A stretch of DNA of 64,000 bases from Candidatus Micrarchaeota archaeon. GTDB taxonomy: Archaea > Micrarchaeota > Micrarchaeia > Norongarragalinales > SBBD01. Where the stretch lies: contig JAZDGU010000004.1 in the NCBI GenBank assembly GCA_043806595.1, positions 1 through 64,000 of the forward strand, in the 5' to 3' direction. The translations under genes were made by a program, and so were the position numbers. Within the stretch, counting starts at the first letter, position 1. Every line of letters starts with the position of its first letter. The notes under the pieces were generated by a model that saw nothing but the letters and a program-made list of their open reading frames with translations, had not been told where the DNA came from and made no database searches. Of the stretch, positions 1 to 10,103 are shown in pieces.

Positions 1-1002
1 TCAGATCTTCGCGCGCGCCAACTCGACGCCCGCCTGCTTGAGCATTTTCAGGGCAGTGTCGGAAACCGGGTAGGCCTCATTGTAGACCACGCGCCGGATG
101 CCGCTGTTGATGACCATCTTACTGCACAGCAGGCACGGCGAGAACGTGCTGTAGAGAGTCGCGCCCTTGATGGCGATGCCGTGGTAGGAAGCCTGCACGA
201 TGGCGTTCTCCTCGCCGTGCGAGCAGAGGCATTCCTCGAGGCCCTTGCCGCTCTCGGCGAAATTGTTGCACCTCGGGCAGCCCCCCTCGTTGCAGTTCTT
301 GACGCCGCGCGGCGTTCCGTTGTAGCCCGTCGAGATAATCCTGCGGTCGAGCACGATGATTGCGGCGACCTGGCGCTTCATGCAGTTGCTGCGGACCGCG
401 ACCTGCTTGGCTATCTGCATGAAGTAGTCGTCCCAGCTCGGGCGCGCGAAGTGCTGCTCGATCTCCGCGAGAGCGGCGTTCAGGTTTTCCTCGAACTCCT
501 GCGCCGGGCCGCTGTTCTCTATCAGGCGGTCGGCCATGCGTTCCGTCTCCAGTAGCTGCTGCGCGGCGACATTGCTCGACTGGAACTCCCTCTCCTCTAG
601 CTGGATGAACTCCTTGAGGGTCGTCGGGTCGCCGAGCCGCTCGCGCTCCACCGTCCGCTTGAAGCGTATTTCGACGGGCGCGAAGATGTGGAAGAGCGAG
701 CACTGGCCGGCGCGCTTGAGGGCCTGTGCTTCCGCGGGATGCCTGACGCTGTCCACGACGTAGTTCTTGGCGGGGTCGAGCTTCTGGACGGTCAGGTCGG
801 CCAGCGCGCTCGCGCCAAATTTCTCGCGCAGCTCGTTCCCGAGGGCGATTAGGTTCTCGCGAGTTCCGTCGATGCCCCGTTTTTTCGCCTCCTCGCGGAT
901 GACGTCCGACAGACTGTGGTAATAGAAGCCCTTGGTCTCGAGATAGCGCGCGGCCGTAGTCTTTCCCGCGGCGTTCCTTCCGGTCAGGCCGATGATGATC
1001 AT
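1..1002 (-). CDS. P-loop nucleotide kinase-like domain fused to dCMP deaminase
   Basis: N-terminal IIGLTGRNAAGKTT Walker A and VVDSVRHPAE. C-terminal PSWDDYFM, TGYNGTP, HGEENAI and SPCLLC zinc-deaminase motifs. Start set at ATG 1002 (MIIIGLTG). Confidence 0.9.
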   Translation of the reverse strand: MIIIGLTGRNAAGKTTAARYLETKGFYYHSLSDVIREEAKKRGIDGTRENLIALGNELREKFGASALADLTVQKLDPAKNYVVDSVRHPAEAQALKRAGQCSLFHIFAPVEIRFKRTVERERLGDPTTLKEFIQLEEREFQSSNVAAQQLLETERMADRLIENSGPAQEFEENLNAALAEIEQHFARPSWDDYFMQIAKQVAVRSNCMKRQVAAIIVLDRRIISTGYNGTPRGVKNCNEGGCPRCNNFAESGKGLEECLCSHGEENAIVQASYHGIAIKGATLYSTFSPCLLCSKMVINSGIRRVVYNEAYPVSDTALKMLKQAGVELARAKI

Positions 1003-1037
1003 TTCCAACCCCCCTTGTAAATTCAGCCCCCAACGCA

Positions 1038-1835
1038 TTAAAACGCTTTGCCGAGGACGAATACCGACGCGGCCGCGGCCAGCAGCCCGACGGCCCAGCA
1101 ATAATACGCGAACCGCCGCAGCCCGGCCGTCCTTAGGATCCCGAGCAGATAGCCGATGCTCCAGTAGCCAGCCAGCGCCGCGGCGGCGATGCCGGCAATC
1201 AACGAAAAAGCCGGAATCGCGGCCAGTTCGACCTGCTCTCCCGCAATCTCGAACGCCGACGCCCCCAGTATCGCCGGGATGCCCAATAGGAAGGAAAACC
1301 GCGCGGCCTTCTCCGCGGGCACGCCGAGCAGCATCGCGGCGGAAATCGTCGAGCCGCTCCTCGATATTCCGGGGGCGACGGCGATCCCCTGCGCGACTCC
1401 GATTGCCACCGACTCCGTGGCTCCGATTTCCCTGTTTTTGTTAACTGCTTGTGAGGCGAGGAAAAGGAAGGTTCCCGTGAGCATCAGCGCCAAGCCGATG
1501 AGGAACGCGCTGGAGAACATGGACTCGAAGAATCCCTTGAACGCGAAGCCGGTGACGGCCGTAGGGACCATCGCCAAGACAACAAGAACCGCCGTCCGAA
1601 AGCCTGCATTCATCCAGTCAAACGAGAAAAAGCCGCGGGCGATTCCGATGATGTCCTTCCAGAAATACGCGAAGACCGCGAGGAGGGTGCCGAGGTGCAG
1701 CGCGAGATCGAAGGCGATTGGGACTTTGAGGCCGAGGAAGATCTGGGCGAGCGCCAAATGCGCGCTGCTGCTGACCGGAAGCCACTCGGTCAGGCCCTGG
1801 AGCGCGCCGAGGAATACCGCCTGAAGCAGGTCCAT
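1038..1835 (-). CDS. uppP: Undecaprenyl-diphosphate phosphatase (BacA/UppP family)
   Basis: QGLTEWLPVSSSAH and PGISRSG motifs; multi-pass membrane protein. Confidence 0.93.
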   Translation of the reverse strand: MDLLQAVFLGALQGLTEWLPVSSSAHLALAQIFLGLKVPIAFDLALHLGTLLAVFAYFWKDIIGIARGFFSFDWMNAGFRTAVLVVLAMVPTAVTGFAFKGFFESMFSSAFLIGLALMLTGTFLFLASQAVNKNREIGATESVAIGVAQGIAVAPGISRSGSTISAAMLLGVPAEKAARFSFLLGIPAILGASAFEIAGEQVELAAIPAFSLIAGIAAAALAGYWSIGYLLGILRTAGLRRFAYYCWAVGLLAAAASVFVLGKAF

Positions 1836-1971
1836 CCGAAAATACCCTTCGGCGGTATTTCAAAGAGGAGGTTTAAAACGCCGAATACGGGCCAGCCCTG
1901 TTCGTCAGGCGCCGAGGCTCAATTCGTTTATAAATTTTGGGCGCAAGATTAAGCGGGGTGAAACTCCAGCC

Positions 1972-3894
1972 ATGCCAGGCCTGACCCGGTCAGAGAAGAT
2001 CATTTCCGCGCACTTGAAGGAGGGCCAGATGGAGGAAGGCCGGGAAATCGGCCTAACGATGGACCAGACGCTCACCCAGGACGCCACTGGCACCATGGCG
2101 TTCCTCCAGTTCGAGGCAATCGGCGCGCCGCGCGTGCGCACCGAGCTTTCCGTCAGCTATGTCGACCACAATACTTTGCAGGAGGGCTTCGAGAACTTCG
2201 ACGACCACCTCTACCTCCAGAGCGCGGCGGCCAAGTTCGGAGTGCAATTCAGCAGGGCCGGCAACGGGATATGCCACCAGGTGCACCTCGAGCGCTTCGC
2301 CGCGCCCGGAAAGACGCTGCTTGGCAGCGACTCGCACACGCCGACCGCGGGCGGCATTGGCTCGCTGGCAATCGGCGCCGGCGGCCTGAACGTAGCGGTC
2401 GCCATGGGCGGCGGGCTGTTCTACTTCAAGATGCCCAAGATCGTCGGGGTAAAACTTTCCGGCAGGCTTCCGCCCTGGACTGCCGCGAAGGACGTAATCC
2501 TGGAATTGCTGCGGCGGCTGACCGTCAAGGGCGGCGTCGGCAAAATAATCGAGTATTGCGGCGACGGCGTGAAGGCGCTGTCGGTGCCCGAGCGCGCGAC
2601 GATAGCAAACATGGGCGCCGAGCTCGGCGCGACGACCTCGGTATTCCCCTCGGACGAAGTCACCCGCGATTTCCTCCGCAGGCAAAAGCGGGAAAAGGAT
2701 TTCAAGCCCCTTGCGGCGGATTCCGACGCGAAATATTCGGAAGTCATCGAAGTCGACCTCTCCAAGATTGAGCCGATGATTGCAAAACCCCATTCGCCGG
2801 ACGCGGTCGTGCCCGTCAGCGAGGTCGCCGGCACGCCGGTGCACCAGGTCATCGTCGGAAGCTGCACGAACTCGAGCTACAGGGACCTGATGACCGCGGC
2901 GCTCATGCTCAAGGGCCGCAAGGTCTCGCCGGACGTCAGCTTTGTCGTCGCCCCGGGGAGCAGGCAGGTGCTCCGCCAGATTGCCGACAGCGGCGGGCTG
3001 GCGATGCTCATCAGCGCAGGCGCAAGGATTGTCGAGAGCGCGTGCGGGCCGTGCATCGGCATGGGCCAGGCGCCGCCGAGCGGTGGCATTTCCATCCGCA
3101 CTTTCAACCGCAACTTCGAGGGCAGGAGCGGCACCAAGGACGCGAAAGTGTATTTGGTCAGCCCGGAGGTCGCCATGGCAAGCGCGATAAAAGGGGTAAT
3201 CACCGACCCACGCAGCTTGGGAAACCCTCCTCCTTTTGAATGGCCATCCGAGTTTGCCGTAGATGACTCAATGATTATCGCGCCGCCCGCTGACGGCTCC
3301 AAGGTGGAAATCCGGAGGGGCCCGAACATCAAGTCCCTGCCGGAGTTTAAGCCTATGCCGCAGGCGCTTGCCGGAGAAGTGCTCATCAAGCTCGGAGACA
3401 ACGTGACCACGGACCACATCATGCCCGCCGGCGCAAAGATCCTTCCGCTGCGCAGCAACATCCCGGCGATTTCCGAGTATGTTTTTTCCGGCGTCGACGC
3501 GGGATTCGTCAAGAGGGCGAAGGGGAAGGGCGGCGGGTTCATCGTCGGGGGCGAGAACTACGGACAGGGAAGCAGCAGGGAGCATGCAGCGCTCGCGCCG
3601 ATGTATCTGGGCGTCAAGGCGGTTCTCGCCAAGTCTTTCGCGAGGATCCACGCCGAGAACCTCGTCAACTTCGGGATTCTCCCGCTGACGTTCGCCGACG
3701 CCAAGGATTACGACGCGGTGAAACTCGGGGACAGAATCGAGATGGAAGCGGGGGCGGCGCTGGAGCAAGGGAAAACGGAAATTCCGGTCAAGGTCGATGG
3801 TAAAACGGTAGTATGCAAGCATTCGTTATCCCCGCGGTTCACCAAGGTCATCCTCGCGGGCGGGCTGCTCAACTACACCCGGAAGTCATCTTAA
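1972..3894 (+). CDS. acn: Aconitate hydratase (short ~640 aa type)
   Basis: [37 protein letters not shown] and GSSREHA motifs. Confidence 0.95.
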   Translation: MPGLTRSEKIISAHLKEGQMEEGREIGLTMDQTLTQDATGTMAFLQFEAIGAPRVRTELSVSYVDHNTLQEGFENFDDHLYLQSAAAKFGVQFSRAGNGICHQVHLERFAAPGKTLLGSDSHTPTAGGIGSLAIGAGGLNVAVAMGGGLFYFKMPKIVGVKLSGRLPPWTAAKDVILELLRRLTVKGGVGKIIEYCGDGVKALSVPERATIANMGAELGATTSVFPSDEVTRDFLRRQKREKDFKPLAADSDAKYSEVIEVDLSKIEPMIAKPHSPDAVVPVSEVAGTPVHQVIVGSCTNSSYRDLMTAALMLKGRKVSPDVSFVVAPGSRQVLRQIADSGGLAMLISAGARIVESACGPCIGMGQAPPSGGISIRTFNRNFEGRSGTKDAKVYLVSPEVAMASAIKGVITDPRSLGNPPPFEWPSEFAVDDSMIIAPPADGSKVEIRRGPNIKSLPEFKPMPQALAGEVLIKLGDNVTTDHIMPAGAKILPLRSNIPAISEYVFSGVDAGFVKRAKGKGGGFIVGGENYGQGSSREHAALAPMYLGVKAVLAKSFARIHAENLVNFGILPLTFADAKDYDAVKLGDRIEMEAGAALEQGKTEIPVKVDGKTVVCKHSLSPRFTKVILAGGLLNYTRKSS

Positions 3895-3932
3895 GTTTTA
3901 TCGTAAAAAAATGCACGAGGGGAATTGAGAAA

Positions 3933-5180
3933 ATGGCAGAATTTCCAAGCGCGCCGGCAGAAGGAAAGCCGATTGAATTCAAGGGCGGCAAGCTAGTCGT
4001 GCCCGACAACCCAATCATCACCTTCCTCGAGGGCGACGGCAGCGGCCCGGACGTGTCCCGCACGATGAAGCGCGTGGTCGACGCGGCTGTCGCGAAGGCG
4101 TACGGCGGAAAGAAGAGGATTGCATGGTACCAGTTGCCTGCCGGGGAAAATGCGGTAAAGGAGCATAACGATGTTCTTCCGCAGGCCACGGTTGACGCCA
4201 TAAGAAAATACTTGGTGGGAATCAAGGGCCCGCTCACCACGCCCGTCGGCGGCGGATTCCGGAGCCTGAACGTCACGCTCAGGCAGGTTCTCGAACTCTA
4301 CTGCTGCGTGCGGCCGGCGAGGTATTTCAAGGGCATCCCCAACCCCATGAAGAACCCGGAGAAGCTGGACGTGGTGATATTCAGGGAGAACACGGAGGAC
4401 GTCTACGCCGGAATAGAGTGGGAGCAGGGCACGCCCGACGCCAAGAAGGTCATCGAATTCCTGAACGGCCCGATGGGCAGGAAAATCCGGCCGGACAGCG
4501 GCATCGGCGTGAAGCCCATCAGCATCACGGGCACGAAGAGGCTGGTTGAAGCGGCAATCCGGTATGCGCTCTCGCACGGCAGGAAGTCCGTGACGCTCGT
4601 GCACAAGGGCAACATCATGAAATATACGGAGGGCGCATTCATGAAGTGGGGCTACGAGGTTGCCAAGGAAAAATTCCCGCAGCAAACCGTCACCGAAAAG
4701 GAAGTGACCGAGCAATTCGGCGGCAAAGTTCCCGAGGGCAAGATTCTCATCAAGGACCGCATAGCCGATTCCATGTTCCAGCAGGTTCTATTGAGGCCCG
4801 ACGAATACGAAGTTATTGCGACACCGAACCTCAACGGCGATTATTTGAGCGACGCGTGCGCTGCTCAGGTCGGCGGGCTCGGGATCGCGCCGGGCGCGAA
4901 CATCAACTACATGACCGGGCACGCGATGTTCGAGGCAACGCACGGCACCGCGCCGAAGTACGCCGGGCAGGACAAGATCAACCCCGGCAGCATCATCCTC
5001 AGCGCGGCGATGATGCTCGAATACCTCGGGTGGGAGGAGGCGCGGGATTTGGTTGTCTCGTCGTTCGAGAAGACGATTGCGCAGAAGAGGGTCACCTACG
5101 ACTTGGAGCGGCAGATCGAGGGCGCCAAGCTAGTGAAATGCAGCGAGTTCGGGCAGGCGATGATCGAAAACATGGGATGA
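3933..5180 (+). CDS. icd: NADP-dependent isocitrate dehydrogenase
   Basis: [43 protein letters not shown] and [10 protein letters not shown] motifs. Start at ATG 3933. Confidence 0.96.
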   Translation: MAEFPSAPAEGKPIEFKGGKLVVPDNPIITFLEGDGSGPDVSRTMKRVVDAAVAKAYGGKKRIAWYQLPAGENAVKEHNDVLPQATVDAIRKYLVGIKGPLTTPVGGGFRSLNVTLRQVLELYCCVRPARYFKGIPNPMKNPEKLDVVIFRENTEDVYAGIEWEQGTPDAKKVIEFLNGPMGRKIRPDSGIGVKPISITGTKRLVEAAIRYALSHGRKSVTLVHKGNIMKYTEGAFMKWGYEVAKEKFPQQTVTEKEVTEQFGGKVPEGKILIKDRIADSMFQQVLLRPDEYEVIATPNLNGDYLSDACAAQVGGLGIAPGANINYMTGHAMFEATHGTAPKYAGQDKINPGSIILSAAMMLEYLGWEEARDLVVSSFEKTIAQKRVTYDLERQIEGAKLVKCSEFGQAMIENMG

Positions 5181-5184
5181 AAGC

Positions 5185-5991
5185 ATGCCTGAAAAAACCG
5201 GGGAAATGGGGGCAGGGGCGCAGACTCCGGCTGAGGAGTGGCTCAGGACAATCCGCGAAAACCCGGGGAAGTTCCCGATGCTTCATAATTACGTCTATAT
5301 CAACGAACTCCACGCGGACAGGGGAAGAAAGGAATCGGACTGGCAAAGGGAAAGCGGCAAAATCTACGCCGAATTACTAGTCGGCGGGGTTCTGGGCTAC
5401 TTTGCAGCAAAGCGCCTGACGATGACGCAAGGCCGGATGACCCGCAGGAAATTCTTCCAGAACATTGGAACCGGAGGAGGGCTGATTGCCGCGGGGCGTA
5501 CTGCGGACATTTTTTCGACTCGGAGGGGTTTGCAGCGCTTTGACGAGAGCCTTAGGGAAATAAGGGATAGCAATTCGTTCCGGGGGCTGCCCGAGGAAGT
5601 CCAACGTAGAATATTGCCAAAGGCAGAGGCCATCGAGAGCAACCCCGACCAGGACACGGATATCGGTAGAATCAGGGAACCCGCTAGGGCATTCGGGAGA
5701 ATAGCGGGCGAAACCGTCGGGCCTGTGGCGATATCGGCGACGGCGGCCGGGTTAATGCGCGCAACGCAGGAGATTTTGCGGAGGCTCGACAGCGTGGTGC
5801 TGAAAAAAACGCCTGGAGCGAGGAAACCCATCGGCAGGCGCGTCTTTTTGGGATTGACAGGAAGCGCAACCGCGATATTTTTCTATGTCGCACAATCCAA
5901 TTTGAGGTTAGGGAATTTCATAAGCGAACATCCTAGAATCGTGAAAGCGGAACTGGAGGAGCTTCACAAGATGATGGAAGAGGCAAGGTAG
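5185..5991 (+). CDS. Hypothetical protein with two internal twin-arginine-like motifs
   Basis: Fills the icd-aclB gap almost exactly (4 nt and 1 nt spacers). TRRKFFQNIG and GRRVFLGLTG are each followed by a hydrophobic or Gly-rich stretch. Confidence 0.7.
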   Translation: MPEKTGEMGAGAQTPAEEWLRTIRENPGKFPMLHNYVYINELHADRGRKESDWQRESGKIYAELLVGGVLGYFAAKRLTMTQGRMTRRKFFQNIGTGGGLIAAGRTADIFSTRRGLQRFDESLREIRDSNSFRGLPEEVQRRILPKAEAIESNPDQDTDIGRIREPARAFGRIAGETVGPVAISATAAGLMRATQEILRRLDSVVLKKTPGARKPIGRRVFLGLTGSATAIFFYVAQSNLRLGNFISEHPRIVKAELEELHKMMEEAR

Positions 5992-5992
5992 G

Positions 5993-7261
5993 ATGGCACA
6001 GAGGGCGGTAAGGGAGTACGACGCGAAGAGGCTGCTGGCGGCGCAGCTGCCGAAATACTGCGCCATAGCGTATGCCCCGGAGACTGCAGCCGCGGCGGTA
6101 GGCACGGACTTGGATGTGCTGGCGAAGGAGAACCCGTGGCTGCTGGAGAAGAAACTGGCCGTAAAGCCCGACCAGCTGTTCGGGAAGAAGGGCAAGGCGG
6201 GGCTGGTGCTGCTGGATGCGGATTGGAGTGCTGCGAAGGCGTTCCTGAAGCAGAATCTTGGAAGGGAGACGACGGTTGGAAAAAATACGGGCGTGCTGGA
6301 GAGGTTCATCGTAGAGCCGTTCGTCGAGCACAAGTCGGAGTATTACTTCGCAATCACCTGCGAGCGCGACGCGGACGTGCTCCTGTTCTCGCCGCGCGGC
6401 GGCGTGGACATCGAGGACAACTGGGAAAGCGTGAGGACGCTCAGGGTGCCGGTTGGCGAGACCGTGCAGGCCTCGGTCGCATACGAAACGCTGCTCGCGG
6501 GAATACCGGACAAGGACCGCAGGGCAACGTCCGAGTTTATCACTGGCCTGCACAAGGCCTTTGCCGCGCTCGGAATGTCTTTCCTGGAGCTGAATCCTTT
6601 TGCCGTCGTGGAAGGAAGGCCTTTCCCGCTCGGGTTGGTCGTAAGGCTTGACGACACCTCCGAGTTCGAGCACTCTGCGGAATGGGAAGGCATCGAGTTC
6701 CCGACGCCGTTCGGAAGGAAACTGTCCGCGGAGGAACGCGCCGTCGAGGAGCTGGACGAGAAGACCGGCGCGTCGCTGAAATTGACGGTGCTCAACCCGA
6801 AGGGCAGGATTTGGACGCTCGTCGCCGGCGGCGGCGCGAGCGTGATCTACGCGGACACCGTGGCGGATCTGGGGTACGCGAGGGAGCTGGCGGTCTACGG
6901 CGAATACAGCGGGGACCCCAACGAGGAGGACACTTACCTGTATGCGAAGACCGTCGCCGGGCTCATGCTGAAGGACGGCGGCAGGAAGGCGCTGCTGATT
7001 GGCGGGGGAATCGCGAACTTCACGGACATCGCGCAGACGTTCAAGGGCATAATCCGGGCGTTGAAGGAATACGCGCCGCAGTTGAAGCGCTCCGGATGCA
7101 GGATTTTCGTGCGGCGGGGAGGGCCGAACTACCAGCAGGGTTTGGCGGGAATGCGCGCGCTCGGGAAGGAAATGGGCGTGCAGATTGACGTCTACGGGCC
7201 GGAGACGCACATGACGAAAATAGTGCCGCTCGCCGTGGAATGGCTCGAAAAGGGGGAATGA
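5993..7261 (+). CDS. aclB: ATP citrate lyase, beta (ATP-grasp/citrate-binding) subunit
   Basis: AVREYDAKRLL, KPDQLFGKKGKAG, LELNP, GASLKLTVLNPKGRIW, AGGGASVIY, GEYSG and IGGGIANFT motifs. Confidence 0.95.
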   Translation: MAQRAVREYDAKRLLAAQLPKYCAIAYAPETAAAAVGTDLDVLAKENPWLLEKKLAVKPDQLFGKKGKAGLVLLDADWSAAKAFLKQNLGRETTVGKNTGVLERFIVEPFVEHKSEYYFAITCERDADVLLFSPRGGVDIEDNWESVRTLRVPVGETVQASVAYETLLAGIPDKDRRATSEFITGLHKAFAALGMSFLELNPFAVVEGRPFPLGLVVRLDDTSEFEHSAEWEGIEFPTPFGRKLSAEERAVEELDEKTGASLKLTVLNPKGRIWTLVAGGGASVIYADTVADLGYARELAVYGEYSGDPNEEDTYLYAKTVAGLMLKDGGRKALLIGGGIANFTDIAQTFKGIIRALKEYAPQLKRSGCRIFVRRGGPNYQQGLAGMRALGKEMGVQIDVYGPETHMTKIVPLAVEWLEKGE

Positions 7262-9102
7262 CTGGCATGGAGAAAAAACCCGGCTACAGGCTCTTCGACG
7301 CCAACACGCGGGCGATAGTCTACGGCATGCAGGCCCAGCCGGTTCAAAGAATGCTGGACTTCGACTGGGTCTGCAGGCGCAAGACGCCGAGCGTCGCCGC
7401 GGTGGTGGACCCCAATGGGAAGGGGGTGCTGAAGGTCTTCTTCGGGCCGCAGGAAATCCTCATTCCGGTATTCCAGAACACGAAGGACGCTGTTGCGGCG
7501 AACTCGGATGCCGACGTCTTCGTGAACTTCGCATCGTTCCGGAGCGCGTTCCAGACGAGCATGGAGGCACTCACGGAAAAAAGCATCCGCACCGTCACGA
7601 TAATCGCCGAAGGCGTGCCGGAAAGGCGCTCGCGGGAGCTCATCGCCGAGGCGAGGAAGCTGGGCAAGACGATAATCGGGCCGGCGACCGTCGGCGGCAT
7701 TTCCGCGGGCGCGTTCAGAATCGCGAACAGCGGCGGCACGATCGAGAACATAATCGCGTGCAAGCTCCACCGCAAGGGAAGCGCGGGCTTAGTAAGCAAG
7801 AGCGGCGGGCTGCTGAACGAGAAGTTCAACGTCATCGCGCGCAATTCCGACGGCGCCGCGGAAGGCATCGCGATCGGCGGGGACAGGTTCCCGGGCAGCA
7901 CCCTCCTGGAGCACGCGCTGAGGTACGAGGAAGACCCGGACGTGAAGATGATTGTAGTGCTAGGCGAGCTCGGCGGAACCGGCGAATACGAGGTCGCCGA
8001 CGCGATCAAGGCCGGGAAAATCAGGAAGCCCGTAGTCGCATGGGTGACGGGCACATGCGCCGCGATTTTCCCCTCGGAGGTGCAGTTCGGGCACGCCGGC
8101 GCGAAGAGCGGCTCGCACAAGGAGTCGGCGCAGGAGAAGAACAAGGCGCTCAAGGAAGCCGGAGCCATCGTGCCGGCATCTTTCGACGGCCTGGGGGATG
8201 CGATAAAGACGACGTTCGAGGGGCTGAAGAAGAAGGGGGTCATCCGGGAAATTGAGGAACCGGAACCTCCAAGGCTTCCGGTGGACCACGCCGCTGCCCT
8301 GAAGACCGGGCTGGTCCGAAAGCCCACGGGCTTCGTTGCGAGCATCAGCGACGAGCGTGGAACGGAAGTCATGTACAACGGCGTGCCGATAAGCAAGGTC
8401 GTCGGCGAGGGCATGGGGATCGGCGACGTAATCGGGCTGCTGTGGTTCAAGAAGAGGCTGCCGCCGTATGCAAGCAAGTTCGTCGAATTGTGCCTGATCA
8501 TCAGCGCCGACCACGGCCCCGCGGTTTCCGGCGCGCACAACACGATCGTCGCCAGCAGGGCCGGAAAGGACGTGATATCGAGCCTCTGCTCGGGGCTGCT
8601 GACCATCGGGCCCCGATTCGGGGGGGCGCTGGATGACGCGGCGAGGTATTTCAAGGAGGCGAAGGACTCGGGCATGGCGCCGCAGGAGTTCGTCGACAGC
8701 ATGAAGAAGAAGGGCGTGCTGATTCCCGGCATCGGCCACAGGATAAAGAGCGTGCAGAACCCGGACGAGAGGGTGACGCAGCTCAAGGAATACGCCAAAA
8801 AGCACTTCAAGTCGACGAAATACCTGGACTACGCGCTCGAGGTCGAGAAAATCACCACGGGCAAGCGCAACAACCTCATCCTCAACGTCGACGGGTGCAT
8901 GGCGGTGCTGTGGCTGGACCTGCTGACGTCCTGCGGGGAATTCTCCGAGGAAGAGGTCAAGGACCTCGCGGAGGGCGGGTTCTTCAACGGGCTTTTCGCG
9001 CTCGGCAGGAGCATCGGGCTCATCGGCCACGCGCTCGACCAGAAGCGCCTGAAACAGCCCCTGTACCGGCACCCGTGGGACGACATACTCTTTGTCAAGT
9101 GA
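7258..9102 (+). CDS. aclA: ATP citrate lyase, alpha subunit (CoA-binding, phospho-His and citryl-CoA lyase domains)
   Basis: QRMLDFD, IGPATVGG, QFGHAGA (phospho-His), ADHGPAVSGAHN, GIGHRIKS and LILNVDG motifs. ATGA overlap with the aclB stop. Confidence 0.95.
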   Translation: MTGMEKKPGYRLFDANTRAIVYGMQAQPVQRMLDFDWVCRRKTPSVAAVVDPNGKGVLKVFFGPQEILIPVFQNTKDAVAANSDADVFVNFASFRSAFQTSMEALTEKSIRTVTIIAEGVPERRSRELIAEARKLGKTIIGPATVGGISAGAFRIANSGGTIENIIACKLHRKGSAGLVSKSGGLLNEKFNVIARNSDGAAEGIAIGGDRFPGSTLLEHALRYEEDPDVKMIVVLGELGGTGEYEVADAIKAGKIRKPVVAWVTGTCAAIFPSEVQFGHAGAKSGSHKESAQEKNKALKEAGAIVPASFDGLGDAIKTTFEGLKKKGVIREIEEPEPPRLPVDHAAALKTGLVRKPTGFVASISDERGTEVMYNGVPISKVVGEGMGIGDVIGLLWFKKRLPPYASKFVELCLIISADHGPAVSGAHNTIVASRAGKDVISSLCSGLLTIGPRFGGALDDAARYFKEAKDSGMAPQEFVDSMKKKGVLIPGIGHRIKSVQNPDERVTQLKEYAKKHFKSTKYLDYALEVEKITTGKRNNLILNVDGCMAVLWLDLLTSCGEFSEEEVKDLAEGGFFNGLFALGRSIGLIGHALDQKRLKQPLYRHPWDDILFVK

Positions 9103-9198
9103 CCCACCATTCGCCTGCCTTCAGCCAATCGATCCAATACGTGCAACAAAGTAAAGCATTTAAAGTAAGTGCTTGCACATATAATGCGGGTGGAGGCC

Positions 9199-9423
9199 AT
9201 GGTGAACGTCACGGTGTCGGTTCCGGAGGATTTTAAGAAGGAGTTGGATAGGCGGGCGGAAATCAACTGGTCGGAAGTCGCAAGGCAGGCTTGGAAGTCG
9301 AAGCTGGACCAGCTGGAGCTCCTCGACAGCCTGACTGCCAAAAGCAAGGCGACTGACGAGGACATCGAGGAATTGGGCCGGATGCTCAGAAAAAACATGG
9401 CCGACAGGCACAAGAAGGCGTGA
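9199..9423 (+). CDS. Antitoxin (ribbon-helix-helix-like, INWSEV family)
   Basis: MVNVTVSVP..EINWSEVAR; GGAGG SD; overlaps the PIN gene by 4 nt. Confidence 0.8.
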   Translation: MVNVTVSVPEDFKKELDRRAEINWSEVARQAWKSKLDQLELLDSLTAKSKATDEDIEELGRMLRKNMADRHKKA

Positions 9424-9830
9424 ACTTGGAGGTCGTGGCAGACACGAACGTAATCGTGGCGGCAATCCTGCGGAGGGGGCTTACGCGCAACCTCATCTTC
9501 AGCGCAGGGTTGCAACTGATTTCGCCGGATTTCGCATATCAGGAAATCAAAAACCACGAGGAAGAGTATCTAAAAAAGTCGGGACTCGAACACAAGGCTT
9601 TCGAGCGATCCGTCGAAATCGTGCTTTCGCGAATCACGCCAATACCTGAAGAGGAATACGGGGGCCAACAAGCGACTGCCAAGGAATTCTCCCCGGATTT
9701 GGCGGACTGGCCTTTCTTTGCCTTGTCTCTTGTGAAAAAATGTCCTCTCTGGAGCAACGACCGCGTGTTGAAAAAGCAAAACCGCGTGCAAGTGATAAGC
9801 ACGCCGGAACTGCTGGAAATGCTCGGATAA
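9420..9830 (+). CDS. vapC: PIN-domain toxin (VapC-like)
   Basis: VVADTNVIVAA, DLADWPFFAL and LWSNDR acidic PIN motifs. Confidence 0.88.
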   Translation: MNLEVVADTNVIVAAILRRGLTRNLIFSAGLQLISPDFAYQEIKNHEEEYLKKSGLEHKAFERSVEIVLSRITPIPEEEYGGQQATAKEFSPDLADWPFFALSLVKKCPLWSNDRVLKKQNRVQVISTPELLEMLG

Positions 9831-9928
9831 TAAAAGCAGCCACCCCACCGGCACTTCATGCGTGCGGCATACTGTTTGTCAGGTAGCGAAACCGTGGGCC
9901 GCATGCAGTGCACGGCCGGCAGGCGAAA

Positions 9929-10075
9929 TCACGGCATATGGAAGACGCCCCAGAGGAGGATTCCCGCGACGAGCAGGAATTGGCCGAAGCCATCGCCTTG
10001 GACGGTCAGCCACGTGCCGATAACCAGCGCGCCGTACGCCGCGTAGTCGTACGATGAAATGCCGCCGCCGCTCAT
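9929..10075 (-). CDS. Small two-TM membrane protein (48 aa), not in the ORF track
   Basis: Manual translation MSGGGISSYDYAAYGALVIGTWLTVQGDGFGQFLLVAGILLWGVFHMP; GGTGA SD upstream; follows the FNR-like gene. Confidence 0.6.
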   Translation of the reverse strand: MSGGGISSYDYAAYGALVIGTWLTVQGDGFGQFLLVAGILLWGVFHMP

Positions 10076-10103
10076 CGGAAAATTCACCCTAACAATCCGC
10101 TAT

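Noticed and set aside
5993..9102. Succinyl-CoA synthetase, or proof of autotrophic reverse TCA
   Set aside because: The citrate-binding GGGIANFT motif and citryl-CoA lyase domain identify ACL; the other rTCA enzymes are not in this window.
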